64,000 nucleotides of DNA from positions 496,001 to 560,000 of the forward strand of contig NOWV01000028.1 of the NCBI GenBank assembly GCA_003344405.1, written 5' to 3'. A program made the translations under genes and the position numbers. The notes under the pieces were generated by a model. It did not search any database. It was not told the DNA's origin and saw only the letters and a program-made list of their open reading frames with translations. Shown one piece after another: positions 25,583 to 39,900 of the stretch. The DNA is from Trichoplax sp. H2 (taxonomy: Eukaryota). Numbering within the stretch: the stretch's first letter is position 1; each line of letters opens with the position of its first letter.

Positions 25583-27695
25583 AGATAAGTTTAAGTCATA
25601 AATAATGTTTCTACGAAATTGTTGGCCTTCTTTATATCATTATTCTATACATACAGTGGAAAATGCTGCATAGACCAACTTCGAGGTTTGTCTGTAACTG
25701 CAATATTCGGTATGCCTAGTAATCGTGATTTCAAGCCGGTACATACTCATATACATGTGAACTTGATGAATGACGGAAGCATCTGCAGTGACTACAGTAC
25801 AGTTAATTAGTAAAGTCTGGATTGCATATTCGCCAAAAAGAAACAGAAGAGCAGCAATAAACATTGATATAATTACACGGTAGTTAACAGTCGTTGGAAG
25901 TAACAGGTTCTAAACGTGCGAAATAACACATGATAACTTTCCACAGTGTGAACTGATTATGCTCTCTTAACTACGAGATCAATGGAGGTAAAGTACCATA
26001 ACAGAAAACCGTATCTACTGTATTTACGTTGATCATAAGTTAAAAGTGACTGTTATTAGTCTGTGGTATCGGCTCGACACGACTAGCTTTTAGACTGCTG
26101 TTGAGATGGAAGGAAATGCTAAAGATGATGTAGCTAGAGTTCATTTTGAACACAGACGTGTACACAAACGCTCGACTGTGTCGCTACGGCACAATTTAAA
26201 TAATTTACCTAATACAACATTTTATACCGCATGTAATCTATCTGTATTCCTGCTGGTGCAAAGTTGATCGTCTGCAAGATAATCACAACTACTTTAGTAG
26301 TAAAAACTTGATGGGAAATGAATATAGAACCTTTGGATATCATCAAAGATTTCGAAATTAATTTTAAATTACGATTCACTGGGTATGTATATTGATCAGC
26401 AGTAAGACTACATTTTATCTAATACTTGTGCACAAATTTTATGATTATTGCAACTCTTTTACCTATTTACAGTTCAATCATATAAAATAATAAGTAGGCA
26501 ATGTTGTCCTGTACGTAGCAAATATCAGTTTGTTAATTTATTGATTTCAAATGCGACCATAATTTCAATTAGTCATATATTAGATTCATCACTGAGAGTG
26601 AAGTACTTTATAGCTACGACAAAATGATTATCTTTTGTTCAATTTTACATCCACATAAGCGTGTATTACTTTACAAAGCGTCACGATTGATGCAATATTA
26701 CAGGGATTAAGATCGTATCCGCTTTCAATCCTGGATGACAAAAATCGCAATCTTCACAATATTTAAATAACTTACTCAAATTTCCAATCACAACATGTAT
26801 GACATGTTCCCATGATGTGTATACAATGTGAAACCAATCTCAACGTATTTTGGTCTTCGACCCATCAGAGTCAAGCTAAGACAGAAATATCAATATTCTA
26901 GCATATATTAATCACGATATGTTCGATAGATATCTACAGCTCGATCGATACTAGTTGGTCAGATATGCGATTATCGTAATGAGCTGATAAGTGCCCTAGC
27001 CAAATGTGCTCAATGTAACTTTTATAATAGATGTTATCATGCCGTATAAAATAAACTAGTATGTTACAAGGTAGATGGAAAGCCTCATCAGATGGGGGAA
27101 AAAAATGTTCTCCTAGCCAAGCTTAGTAAAGCTAGCATGATTAACTCCTATTATTACGAGTATGACTATAAAGCGTATGCTTACAAATGACATTGGTATA
27201 GGTTTATATTACTGCTGATTTAACTGTTGAGTGTAAATGTAGATATTGCAAGTGTAAAAGACCAGTTAATTCTTTAGAATGGTATCCATTATAATCGCTA
27301 AAACTTATAATTTTCAATACAAAAGATCATCCTTAATACAGTATACCACATTACATCATTTGTAAGAGTTGGTTAAATCTTTTATGTGCGACTACTCCCT
27401 TTGTTAATACTGATAACCAAGTGAATATTCAAAATTTTGTATTACTTATTAATAGTGAATTTCTTAATTCTGCTTTATTGATTTATAATACCAAATTAGC
27501 ATCAACGGTTACTTCTTCGATATTGACGAGTTAGTTTTCGATTAGTGGCCTATACATAAACACCACAATAAGATCAAAGGCGCGTTAGAAGTAAATTGTT
27601 GATACTTTTGTAATCTATATTTACCGTTAATAGATACTGCCATTTACCGTAATAAAGAAAGAAAAATATTCGACAATTTTATAGAACAGATAAAC

Positions 27696-30600
27696 CTACG
27701 TATTATTCCAATAATGTACACTAGGTTTTCGTAGCATCTTCATAACATGGCTGCGTATTTTGAGGGCTGGGCCAAGCTTTATATTCATGGTAGATAACAT
27801 ATGATTTTCGTTCAGTAGTGATAATGCCTCACCACAAATTTCATGCTCTCGGAAGATATTTGCAATTTCATCCGATGATAAGATTTGTGACACAAAATTA
27901 TAAACATCATCTACATCCCAGTCCGCTAAAGGTTTTAAGTTTTTTACTAAAAGTAAGAAGAACAAAACCATTAGAAATTGAGTACATTACTTTGCTAATA
28001 AGATTTTTATTCTAATAGCCCACAAAGCTAAGTAAAAGCTTTTATCATCAGATACAATAATCGTGAAAGAGACTTTATTACATGACTCTACATTTTCTTG
28101 TATTGTATGACATACTTTCAAAATTTTCCGCATTGCTGTTATGAGGACTTAAGCTGTGTAAAGAAGGAGGTACATTTCGACAATACTGTTTAGAAGTAGA
28201 TAAGGAATCATGTGAGTTGGAAGACTTTATACTGTTTGGCCGATCTAAAATTGTCAATAAGACGAAAAAATTAGTCAAGACTATATTTAAACTTGAGAAA
28301 TATGGAATGTTCCACATAATTGACAAGCTAGATAATATTTTCCTCATCTTACCATCAATATCTGATCTCATTATTGAGCGAATTTTCGGCGGTGACGGAA
28401 ATTGTTCAATATGCCTTCCAGATGAGCAGGCCTTGTTATCATTATTATAAAATTTAGGAGGTTTTCTGTGATTTACAAATTCATGTCTATTTGTTTCTAA
28501 ATTTGGCTGCTTGTTGATTATAAACGAATCCGAGGCAATCTTTGCAGCCTTGCGAGGAATAGTATTCTTCCTATTTTTATTTCTCATATGCGAATGGCCC
28601 ATGATACTTGCAGAAGGGCTGTCAGTGTTAGGTTTATTCATTATCGTAATTCGTCGAAGGTTAATTCCTGGTGGAGATGTGGGCGCGTGGGTAGGTTTTG
28701 TTGTCTGTTAAGAATACATAAAAGTGCGTTATCATCTAATGATTGAATTTTATCATGTTTATACGGAGCATTAGAGTTAAACACTCCAGAAAATTTCCAT
28801 TACTTAAAGTCTGTAAATATCGGGAAATGACAGAATTAGTACTCTACACATACGACCGTAAATCAATTCGAAGCTTTACATCAACTTACAAATTAAAACG
28901 TCCTATTGTAAACATATATGAAATGTGTGGATTGTCGGTGTAGTGTATTAAATAATTCATTTTAAGGCAAACGAAATTAAATGCCTATTTTTTTTATTGA
29001 TCATTCATCCTATGAGCAAAGGATGATAAACACAACCAAGGTATTGTGTTATATGCAGTATAGATCTGATTATTATCTTGATAGCTGTTATCACTTTTAC
29101 TCAGCGATACAAATTAAAAATAATGCAACCATTACGTTAATGGTATACATCACAAACCCATGAGAGCTCTGTAATTTATGAATTTTGTAATGCGAAATGA
29201 ATATGAAAACTGATCAATGAATATTCTCTTCGGAGTCTATGTCTAAAGACCCTGCATGAAGGTTTAAAAATAATAACACGTAAATGAAAATCTATAATAC
29301 TTAGATGATTGTAATGATAAATTTTAAAGGATTCTATAAATATTACATCGTCATCGAAAATTGATAAAAGAATAATTATTCGACACAAATACTACGACGA
29401 TTATTGAACTTTAGTGTCCATTTTTATCGATGTGACGTAGATTTAATTACGCCCCTAATTTAACTCTTATCAGTAAAGATAGAAACCTTATATTAGACTG
29501 GACACTACATCCTTGAAGAATTCTACAAGTCTGATTATTAACACTTCTGCAATTAGCCAGCGGTAGCAAATACTATAGAATATAGTGTAGTACATTATAC
29601 AAAGCAGAGACTGATCAGGTCTAGGCTAATAAACTACGTAATTACATCAACTTGATGAAAGGAATGTATGGTATATGTCCGAAACGCAGCCTACCAGGTT
29701 AACGGGTTAGCGCTATTAGCGTTATAGTAATGGGAACAAGTGAGAGGAATAAAACAGTTTAAAACGGTTTTAAATAAAAAAATAGAAAATTTCACATAGG
29801 CTTTATAGCATGTGCAATAAATGTAATCACAGTAGGCTTGTTCGTGTCATTATGTTAAGATATCGATGTATGAATATGACTTTGATCGCGCCGTTCTTAT
29901 TCAACGTTATCGTTGAACTTTTATTACAGAGGTCCAAGTGATACGAAGTAGTGTACTCGATTACGCGTAAAATGCAGGCTTAGCAATGGCAATAAAACTA
30001 AGCAAGACGCTGGCAAATTTTGGCTTTAGACGTTTGCAAATAGGTTTTCTCCGTTTATGAAACCCAATAGAGCTTTCCAAAATATCGTTCGTCTATTCAT
30101 TAGATTGGTTGTTACTAATGCATTATTACTGATGTATTTTCAACTGTATCGACTATGGTGAACACACACACTCAGTAGCCCATTGCATTCTACTACCATC
30201 ATACCCAATGGCCGTGCCATCATGCAAATCAAAATCAATGACACAGCCGTTTTTACACCCATTTGAAACGTTTGTACGGTAACAAAATGCATTGCACTCC
30301 CCCTCAATTCAGTATAGAAGTATCCATTTTTAGACTATGGTATAAAACAAGCTGAAGAAGAGAATGATGGAAAATGATTGTTGTTGATACCGCCTCAATT
30401 TGTATCTCTAGTTTGCACCAAGATGAATATTGGAACGCAATTTGCGCTATGAGCCAAACTGTGCGACTTGTGTCTAACGAGGTTGGTGCAGTCATATCTC
30501 ATAATATGATTGATTAGCTTGCTGTTATGAATGTATATTGCGTATACAAATACAAGTAGGGTTTGAATTATTGTACATGATGGACAAATGATTACAGTAA

Positions 30601-32204
30601 TGAAATAAGAATTGCCGACAAGTTTTTACCCCCCCTCATAAATCCCCCAAAATGCTCAAGTTTGTTACGCACTATTAGTGTACGTACTAGTCCCGAGGGC
30701 AAACTGGTTGGGTACAGTAGAGTATAGCGAAGCGTACGCGATTGACTTCAATTTCTGACAATGCGCTGTACCGACTTGTACAGTATGGACAGAAGATGAG
30801 TGAATACTGTAGAACTTGTATTAGAATCATTCTTGACGGCATTGCTTATACCATAATTATGTAATTATTTTTTCATTTTTTTTTTCCGGGACTGTGCTCC
30901 ACCAGTCAAAGCCCTGCCGCACACCATTACACCAAAGGTGGTGCGATTTATCGGCTCACTGCATGCTTGCGCTCCTTTGCTTGACAGTCTATGACTGCAC
31001 CGGACGTTGATCCTCTTGACATAAAATCGCACCGTCTGACCGTATTTCCTTTTACTGACACAGTATGCTCGATTTTACCCTTTACCGTACGTACTGTAAG
31101 CCAGTAGACGGTCGTAGGGTAGAATGCGGCGGTAGCATTCCATCCGTCGTTGGTCCATCAGCAGCGGCAATAATGACGGCGAAAGCAGTCTGGTGTACTC
31201 ACTACTACTCAGGTGGACAGTATGGATTAATCGTGCCTAGACTCGTACTGACCAAACATCGCCGACTACAGTATGGGATGCTGGTCGACAGTGCATTGTA
31301 CTGCCGAGACTACAGTCAATGCACTGTAAGAGGGCCGCAGTCGGAAATTCATCTTGACAATACAGTACCGGTACAATAGCAATACAATACAGTCGAATCA
31401 AGGAGAGAAGAGACTGCACGAATGGCGTTACGACGTCACGACCAGTTAGCGCACTCAAAGTGAACAATAGCTGAAATGTCGATGGTGGAAAATCACACTT
31501 TTCTCCAATTTCTCAAGTCAAATTAGACGTGGTAAAGAGACGCTGTGAAAATTTAGCTGCTACAATCGATCATCATTGCAATCTCCATCATATGCATACA
31601 GTTAGACTGACTGCTGTATGGATACAATGGATAGTTGTAAAACAAACATGCTTACCATTTTACTTCCCAGTGATTCATCTTCTATTGATAATAAACCAGC
31701 TTCGGCATACTTCTTTAACGGTCGTCCACGATAGCGAATGCTACGTTTCCAATTTTTCGTCGTTTGCTTGCCACTAATGCGTTGAAATTCGTTGGGTGTT
31801 ATCCATGCATTTTGAAAATAAATACATGAGCCTTTATTACCGCGATACATCTTGGATAAATCTAATACCCCATGATTTTTACCGCATGTTACATTCAATT
31901 TAGCATTTCTGTTTATTGGAGTCATATCGTCGCCTGTGACGTCGTTCGTATTAAGTAAATACTCGTTCGTCTCATCTTCCTTGCCTGAGATGTTTGCACT
32001 TTTTTCGCTCTCCATCTTCACTTGAATATACGATTGAGAGTGTGTACCACTAGCCGTTTCATGATCATAATCTTCGTTGAGTTCAGTATCATTGAGAAGT
32101 ATATTGGAAGGCGACGAATTATGCGTCACCGCCATACTACCACCAGTCGTAAAAATCACTTCGTTACCAACGTCGCTGCTCATAATTGTCGCTGTAGATG
32201 GCAT
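27696..32204 (-). CDS. SAND-domain + C-terminal Polyhomeotic-type SAM-domain protein (SAMD11/SAMD7/Samuel-like transcriptional repressor); may instead be two genes
   Basis: Exon 31656-32204 encodes a SAND domain (LNVTCGKNHGVLDLSKM...WITPNEFQRISGKQTTKNWKRSIRYRGRPLKKY). The last exon encodes a SAM domain (WDVDDVYNFVSQI...ANIFREHEICGEALSLLNENHMLSTMNIKLGPALKI). The phase-0 donor after 31656 is compatible with the phase-0 acceptor at 28704, then exons 28353-28704, ~28117-28244 and 27696-~27947 splice in frame. Confidence 0.75.
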
Positions 32205-34319
32205 CAAAGTTGCCTTCGGTGTACGTTAAAGCTACCCGTACTTTAACTGGCAGTAGTGAACGAATTGCAGATACAAAGGTGGCAAGAACAGCTTGCACAA
32301 TACGCTATAGCACAGCCAATGCCCAACCTTCACTTCCACACAGCGAAAATGAGACTTGTGATTTAACAACCTTCACTCGTGCGATATAAGCTTGCGAAAA
32401 TCTCCCAGCGTGCAAGAACGAATCCACTAACTTACAGTATGCACTTCTACACTACAGTACCGTACTGCAGCAGCTGCAGTCACATCGCTAGTCAGCACTT
32501 CCAAGTTCAGTCTAAGGATTGATACATAAATACACGCACATGGGCAATACTGTAAGCACAATACAATACTTGCGTGGTACAGTACAGTACTCTACCGTAC
32601 GTACGGTAGAGTGAAGTGGACTGTACACTGTACAGTATGTACTGTACTGTACTGTATGGCTGTCCATGTTGTTATTAGACCCAAATAAATTTTTGAATAC
32701 GGCAGGTAAAAAAAAAAAAATAATAAATTACATCAATAAAAATAGACGGCTGGCAAGATTACTATGTTGCTTATCCACTTCGACACCACTAACCCACTGA
32801 CCTAAACGGATGTAGACTCGCATAGCCAGTTGGCTATGATCTTTAAAATCTGTTGTTCTGTTCTGACTGTGCCGTACAGTACAGCAGTTACGTAGTGATG
32901 TGGATATTAGCATATTAATAATTAATTAAAATAAAATAAAATAAAAGAAAATCAGCTTTGCACATGTTGATTACCGTATCGAACGGAACAAAGTTGCCGA
33001 CTTTTATTAGTTCTACACTACATTATACCAACTAGTGTATATACATACAGCTTTGCCCGACGCTGGCAATATCATTAATTAATTAAACAGTTTTTTTTAT
33101 AAAAATTGATTAGCAAGCGAATTTGCTATCAGACGATATCTTACGAAGTTGGAAATTCAAATATCTCCCTTACCTTAAAGTAAGAACAAAATAAAATAGA
33201 ATAAATCCAATTTAGTAAGTCCCTAGATTTCCAATTTTGGAAGACTCGTAATAGCTACAGTACAAAGTATACCGTCAAATCCTTGTAATAAAGGAGTATG
33301 CGCAGATTGGTGTCTTCACTCTTGTACTGTGCTCCGGTAAGGACGTCGCCCAACTCTACTGTACCAATAGGATTTGTTTGGAGCACATACGCAGTTCAAA
33401 TGTCGATTTCTTAACACTACTTATGCTGCCATCGTTACGGAACTTTTGTGTTTATCTTTTCAATTAATGAAAGGCATGTAAAACTAGACTGATAATAATA
33501 ATTGATAGGGAACATTAATCATCAACACAGTACTGCATAATGAATACGTATACCTACTGTACTGTACACTGACGAAATAATCGATGGAGTCCACGTTCCG
33601 TAAAATGTGGACTTGACGCTTATTTTACGAAATTGAATTTACATATAGCTAGTACGAGCCAACTGTAGCTTACCCTCTAAAATGATTCATTTTAATTTTC
33701 GAAGTAATACCTGGTCATTTTAGTCCAGCTTATTGCCCTCAGGAAAGTACAGTAGTCATAATTAAGAATAATGATTGAGCCTGTTTCAAGTAGATACTAT
33801 CTTCTGTCATTGACATATCGCAGGAGTAATCAATCAGGCACGATGAAGAAATGATTCAGGATTAGAATACGATTATTGCGAACGCATAACAACAAGAGGG
33901 ATCATCGTATAGCTAGTCCATCTAGTATTGGTTTTCGTGTGTGTGTGCATGGTACAGCAAAGAACCACCTTACTACACTACGTATACTCTGCAACCAGTG
34001 CTTCCTATTGCAGGATGCTGTAGTAATCATTATCCTTGTCTACTTTACATGCTCAGTAACTAGGGTAGTGTTACTGCAACATGTCAGTGATGTCACATTA
34101 TACAAAAAATCAAATCAAATTCGAGAATTATCCAACATCACATCAATGCCGAAAAAAATCAACACTGTACAGCACAATATGCACCCTCTCGTCAATTACG
34201 TACAGTATGCTGGTTACCCGAGCTTCATAGTTGAGAAGTTTAAACTCTGTGCTTGCAACCTTGCAGCATACTTATTGCTGAATACTGGATCTGGTTCCAA
34301 TCGAATTTGAGAGCATCAC

Positions 34320-34905
34320 TACTGTACAGTGTACAGTACATGTTGCAAAACAACTTGGAAATGTCACATTACAGTACTGTACAGTACTGTACTATACTGT
34401 ACTGTACATGTACTGTACAGTATACAGTAAAGTACTGTACAGTATACAGTAAAGTACTGTACATCTTTTACCTGTCTCTTCCATCAGCAGGATTGTACTG
34501 TACTGTACTGTAGATTGCTCCAGAGTTGGGTATCCGAACGATCTTCAGACGGACGAGACGGAACTCTACACACTCACACTGTACCGTACCGTACAGACGT
34601 AAAGTACAGTACTGTACTGTAAGCACTGTACTGTACTCTACTGTATTCACTGAGTTGATAGTGTACAGTAGAGTGACAGTGAAGCAGAGTTGGGTATCCG
34701 AACGATCTCCAGACGGACGAGACGGAACTCTGCACAGTCATACTGTACAGTGTACACTGTACACTGTACTGTACTGTACCGTACCATACAGACGTAAAGT
34801 ACTGTAAGCACTGTACTGTACACTGTACCGCAAGAAGCGATTTGCTCGTACAATTTCTCGTATTCACTCAGTTGACAGTACTGTACAGAGGGACAGTGAA
34901 GCAGA
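34320..34905. repeat. (TACAG/CTGTA)n-rich tract containing a two-copy direct repeat with a GC-richer ~50-bp core
   Basis: cagagttgggtatccgaacgatct(t/c)cagacggacgagacggaactct at 34521 and 34685, each followed by ctgtaccgtacc(g/a)tacagacgtaaagtac and ...gacagtgaagcaga. Confidence 0.85.
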
Positions 34906-36939
34906 ACTTTCTATCTTCCCGCCCTTCGCTGACGGGATACAAACATTGGAGCAAGTTTCAGCGGACTTTTCCATGTTGCATTGACTCATTCTTGTAATTA
35001 TCATGAGGTAAATATGAACTATCGCCTTGATGATCTTCTAGCATTAATCTTCTATGCTTAGTTATGCTTTAATCTATCATTTTACTGATATTGAATACTA
35101 TCTGCACACTGTGCTACAAGCTCACCCTGGTAAGTGATTTGGTTGTCAAGTTAAACATTGTCAATGACTAGACTTTTATTGTGGTAACGTGACTCACTAC
35201 AAGATTTTCATAGGCGAGTAAAATGACTGCTTAAACTCATGGGGTAACCAAGTACTTTCCAGTCCATTGCAGTGATTAATGGCGTCGTTTTAGATAGTAG
35301 GCGCTACATGCATGGCCTACAAGACTCTCTTGGCACTAAGATGATGTATCTGCTTCATTAACTTTTACTTTTATTGATCAATGAATAGGCGAAGGTTAAA
35401 ATGGACATTGTAGTTGAAAAATACAGCGCTGATGAGTCAAGAGAAGCTGTCTATCCGATCTTTCCTCTTATTTACTGTAGCATGCGATAGCACATACATC
35501 TTCATGGTGCTGAAAGATTGAGAAAAGAAATGAATGCTATATGACTGTACAACATATTGACTGTCGGTACCTGACAGTTCTGAATGGATACGAATATGTC
35601 ATAGCATAACATGGACAGCGTCATATTTTTACCTCCAGTACAACACAGTCGTACCCTAGCGATACTTTTATAAGATATAAACACACCATGTAGTACGCAG
35701 TGTGCCATTCTTTTTACTTATCAACAGCGGGATGCAATCTTAGGAATTTAATTTAGTCTCTGATACAAGTTGAAGATCCATAAATGATAACCAACTTGAC
35801 ACGGAACTTGTTGAATTGCAAAGTAGATTAAAATCGAGATCCTATCGTACCATGCAGTAACTGTGTGGGAAAAGGGGTTGGTACTGTATTGTTGGTGACG
35901 ACCTAGAAGCAATCATTTAAAATAGACTATGGTACAGTACTGTAATTGCAATATACTCATGAAGATATCCGTATTCTTCGCTCTTGTCCTACGTTGATGC
36001 GGTGCGTGATAATTATGAACTTTATCTTAAGTAATGATAATATACTTACTGAATGATTTCAATAATGTAACAACGATTCGATAACAGCAACAGAGAAAAT
36101 ATTGGGTATGGGCTAAGGGGAGCTTACGCCAATCCAACAATAGCAACGGACTATTTTTATTCAATTGTATTAGACATATCGACGTTTACTTTTTTTACCA
36201 ACGTAGCATATAAATATGGAGGGTACGCGTAGGATCATTTGAAGTTTGCTTCTCGTACAACCAAATAATGTTATCCTCTACTCCACTTATCTGTACAGGT
36301 TGTAGATGCATAAGTGTATATCAAAATCACTAGGTACCAAGTTAATGAGGTGCGTTGAAACGATCGATGCAGTCATTTACAGGTGCTGTCTTCTCGGAAG
36401 AGTGGATTAGTAAAGTATCAATGATATTAGGCATACCAAGATCGGATTATTTCTTTTTCAGTGTGGTCTATCTTAGCGAAACATATTAACAGATTTAGAT
36501 TTATAAATCATCACCATGATGAATAAGGCTCACAGTTCAAAATTGAATGCTTATAATGATTGTGGAATAGAAATGCTGAAAATACGCTTATATCTAGAGT
36601 CAATTATTGATTCCTTTTCCCTCCTATTCACCTATGCCTTTACGTTTATATTGGCCATTTGCGAAAGTTGTAATAATATATTACAATGCCCTTGATAGGA
36701 TAGCTGATCTATATCGTGTGTTGTAACTGCCATGATTTTTTGCAACGGTATAAGTCTCTGATATATCCAATATGGAAATTGATGCTTTCGTGGGTTACTT
36801 AAATAACTTGTAATTCTATAACTATAAATACCATATTTTAAAAGAAACCTCAATACAAGATTAAACGCTTTGGATTAAACTTGGACCATTGTACCGTGTT
36901 TTGTATTGCATCGAATGATTATAGATAGCTTTCTTTGTA

Positions 36940-39900
36940 ATGCCTAAGAAAATTTCATTTCAAGTTGTTCATTCTTCCGGATCAGAAGAGGGTTACTTAC
37001 CGGGAGATTTAGAGGTATGTAAATATGCATACTGTTTATAAACATATTACCTAGTTTGACAATTTAATAGCGATATGTTAATATAATTGCATGTACTTTA
37101 AAGCATCTTAAGCTACTATACTATGAGAGGTACAGTAATGTGTCAGTAGGTATTAAACTGGCCACTTTAGATTCCGTAAGAACGCTATTGTGGTATCTTT
37201 AGAACATAGCATTTTGAGGGTTTTACAGCATTCTATTGACAGTAATTCTTACTTATTGATATAATACAGTGTACATATTATATATCAGTAAATTATCTTT
37301 CAGGTTATGAGCGGTACATTAAAAGATTAGGAAAGTACAGGATTTATATATTAAAGAATTAAAACGTGATTTAGTACTAAAATTAAAACAGATTACCATA
37401 ATTGACTACTGGTGGGATAAGTCACGAAATACTATGCGGCATTCTTGGAATTTGAATTCTGCGCATGATAGCGTGTAGCGATTGTGGCATGTTACTTATT
37501 GTGCTTCAGAGTTTATACATTTATTTTTATTTACTACATACTAAATGTAAATATCTGTGTAACAGTTTAGTCGATAAGCTGTCTAAAAAATTAAAACGGA
37601 GTTACGTTTTATATTTCTCACTCGAAACAGTTTTACTCATAGTTTTTGAATGACATGCTACTGCTTATTGCTGTTAATAGGCTCATTCTCCTTACTCGAA
37701 AGGATGGCAATCTTCAAGGTTTGTGACGTGAACTAAATACTACGATGTATATGTAATAAAGATTTAATATTGTTAATTACTAATAAAGCGCATAAAAATG
37801 ATCGGTTGTACAATGTGTTACAATTTCTTAAAGTATGTAATAGGTATAGTTCTGTCTTATTAGGCAGTAGTGATGATACAATAATATATTGTTTACTATG
37901 CCTAAGATTACATTAATTAACAGATCGTAATAGCGATGTACACTGTGCTGTATAATTATGGTTATTAATATTAAATAGTGAGCACGTACTGTATATTTAA
38001 AATTTCATTTTGAATGTATGTCAGTATCTTTTATGCATACATGCACGTACACTTTATTCAGCTTTTGTTTGTTGGTCAGAGTTATGCATAAGTTCAGCCT
38101 TGCTAAATTTATTTGGATGTACTATATATAATTATATCCCACAAATTACCTAGCTTAATAAACTATTACTAATCCATGATACTAAAACTTTTTTATGTTC
38201 TTACTAATACTCAGATTTTGTGTATACCCCCAAGAACTGATAATACAATTTGAGAGGAAAATACAGTTGAGCAAAGTACAATTTCTTTCTCACCACTTTT
38301 TAATTGGTAAGTGATTCCTGTATTCTTATCCTGTATTATTGCGATAGAGAAACTAACTGTAGCTGTAGTTGTGCTTATTTTAACAAGAATTTAGAATTAT
38401 TTTGGTTCATTCATTCATTATTCAACTACTATCCTTAGATTAGAAAAATTATGTTCGCTGTTAGATGCTTTCGACCACGCATGTTCTAGTAAAAATGCGT
38501 ATTTGTGCCTGATAAAAATGTAGTAGTTTGTTAGAAATTGTATAATTATAATGGCAGTACCTGACTTTTCATACATAATACAGTATATTCAAAAACATCG
38601 CTATCTGTGATATAAATTTGATATTACTGTTTGATACGCCTACAGTATTAATTGTCGAAAGTCTGCTTGATAATTGTATTCATATGACTTACTAACGAAA
38701 ATTCTAAACACATTATGTAGCTTCCAAAGTTGAGTTATTTATTGGTGGCTCAGGAAACGATAATTATCCCTGGCATTCCTCCAGTTACACCAGACTTGGG
38801 TAAAATTTTACTGTTTTTAATCTTGTACTACTATACTCGCTCTCATCCGTTACTGGTATTTATTTTCAATAGTTACATTACACTATCAGACAATGCCACC
38901 ACCGGCTATAAGGTAAGTCCCAGGCAAATTTTTAAATCACCATCGTAAGCGTTATATTTATGATATCACCTATACCCTTAGCTTTTTACTAAGATAAAAT
39001 ATAATCCATTCTTAATTTTCCTACAATATAAGTAATTTATATTATATTTAAATTTAACAAAAAAGGCGAGAGAATTAAAATCAGTGTTCCTTGAAGGAGA
39101 CGCGCGTTTCATCAAAATATTATTACATAAAAATCACGTCAACAAATATAACCTATACAATCAAGTTGGCATGGTAGCTGTAAATGTTCTTGGCGATTTC
39201 ATAGACGATGGTGGTGACGGTTCACACTTAAATGATTACAATACTATATCTTTACGAAATAAAGTAAATAATGCCTATAATGATCCGCTAAAGAAAACAG
39301 TACGAATTGAGCGATTATCACCTTCAGATGATCTTGTATTCGATTCATACCAAGACGCTGAAATTTCCAAGCTTGTGCGTAAACTTGACGATAAAAAACA
39401 TGACGCCGTCCTAGGTTAAGTTTTCTTTTTCTTATCTATAAAACTACTAAATTTTACGCAGTGATTTGTCTTTAAATATCAAATTGTTGAAGATACTGAA
39501 CGTATTCTTTCTCCCTGATTCTTACCGTAGCTGAACGTTATGAATATGCAAAAAAGTTAAAGTACGCCATTTCAGAATTACAAAAGGTATCTTTTGAATG
39601 TCTGTAAATTATGATAGTAGATGTTCCTTTTGAGAATAACTGTCTAACTGTGGGTAATGGCTCTTATCGAATAATAATAAAGATTTATTTTAAATATTCG
39701 TTACGCGTTATAATGATTTACACTATCATAGTTCCAGAGTCTTGCGCATAATTTAAATTGTTTCTCTTTATCTGTTATTACAACTGATAAATTGGATGAA
39801 AGGCTGCTGACCGACTAGGCAGATATGAAATGGAAAAACGTCGGGCGATTGAGATTGAAGATTATGACTCAGCTAAGGCCAAAAAGGTTAGACGAAGTAT

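Noticed and set aside
28217..28711. + strand ORFs opposite the SAM-gene exons
   Set aside because: Antisense shadows of real minus-strand coding exons.
34253..34867. Overlapping ORFs on both strands (YSTVQYC-type)
   Set aside because: Artefacts of stop-poor (TACAG)n repeats.
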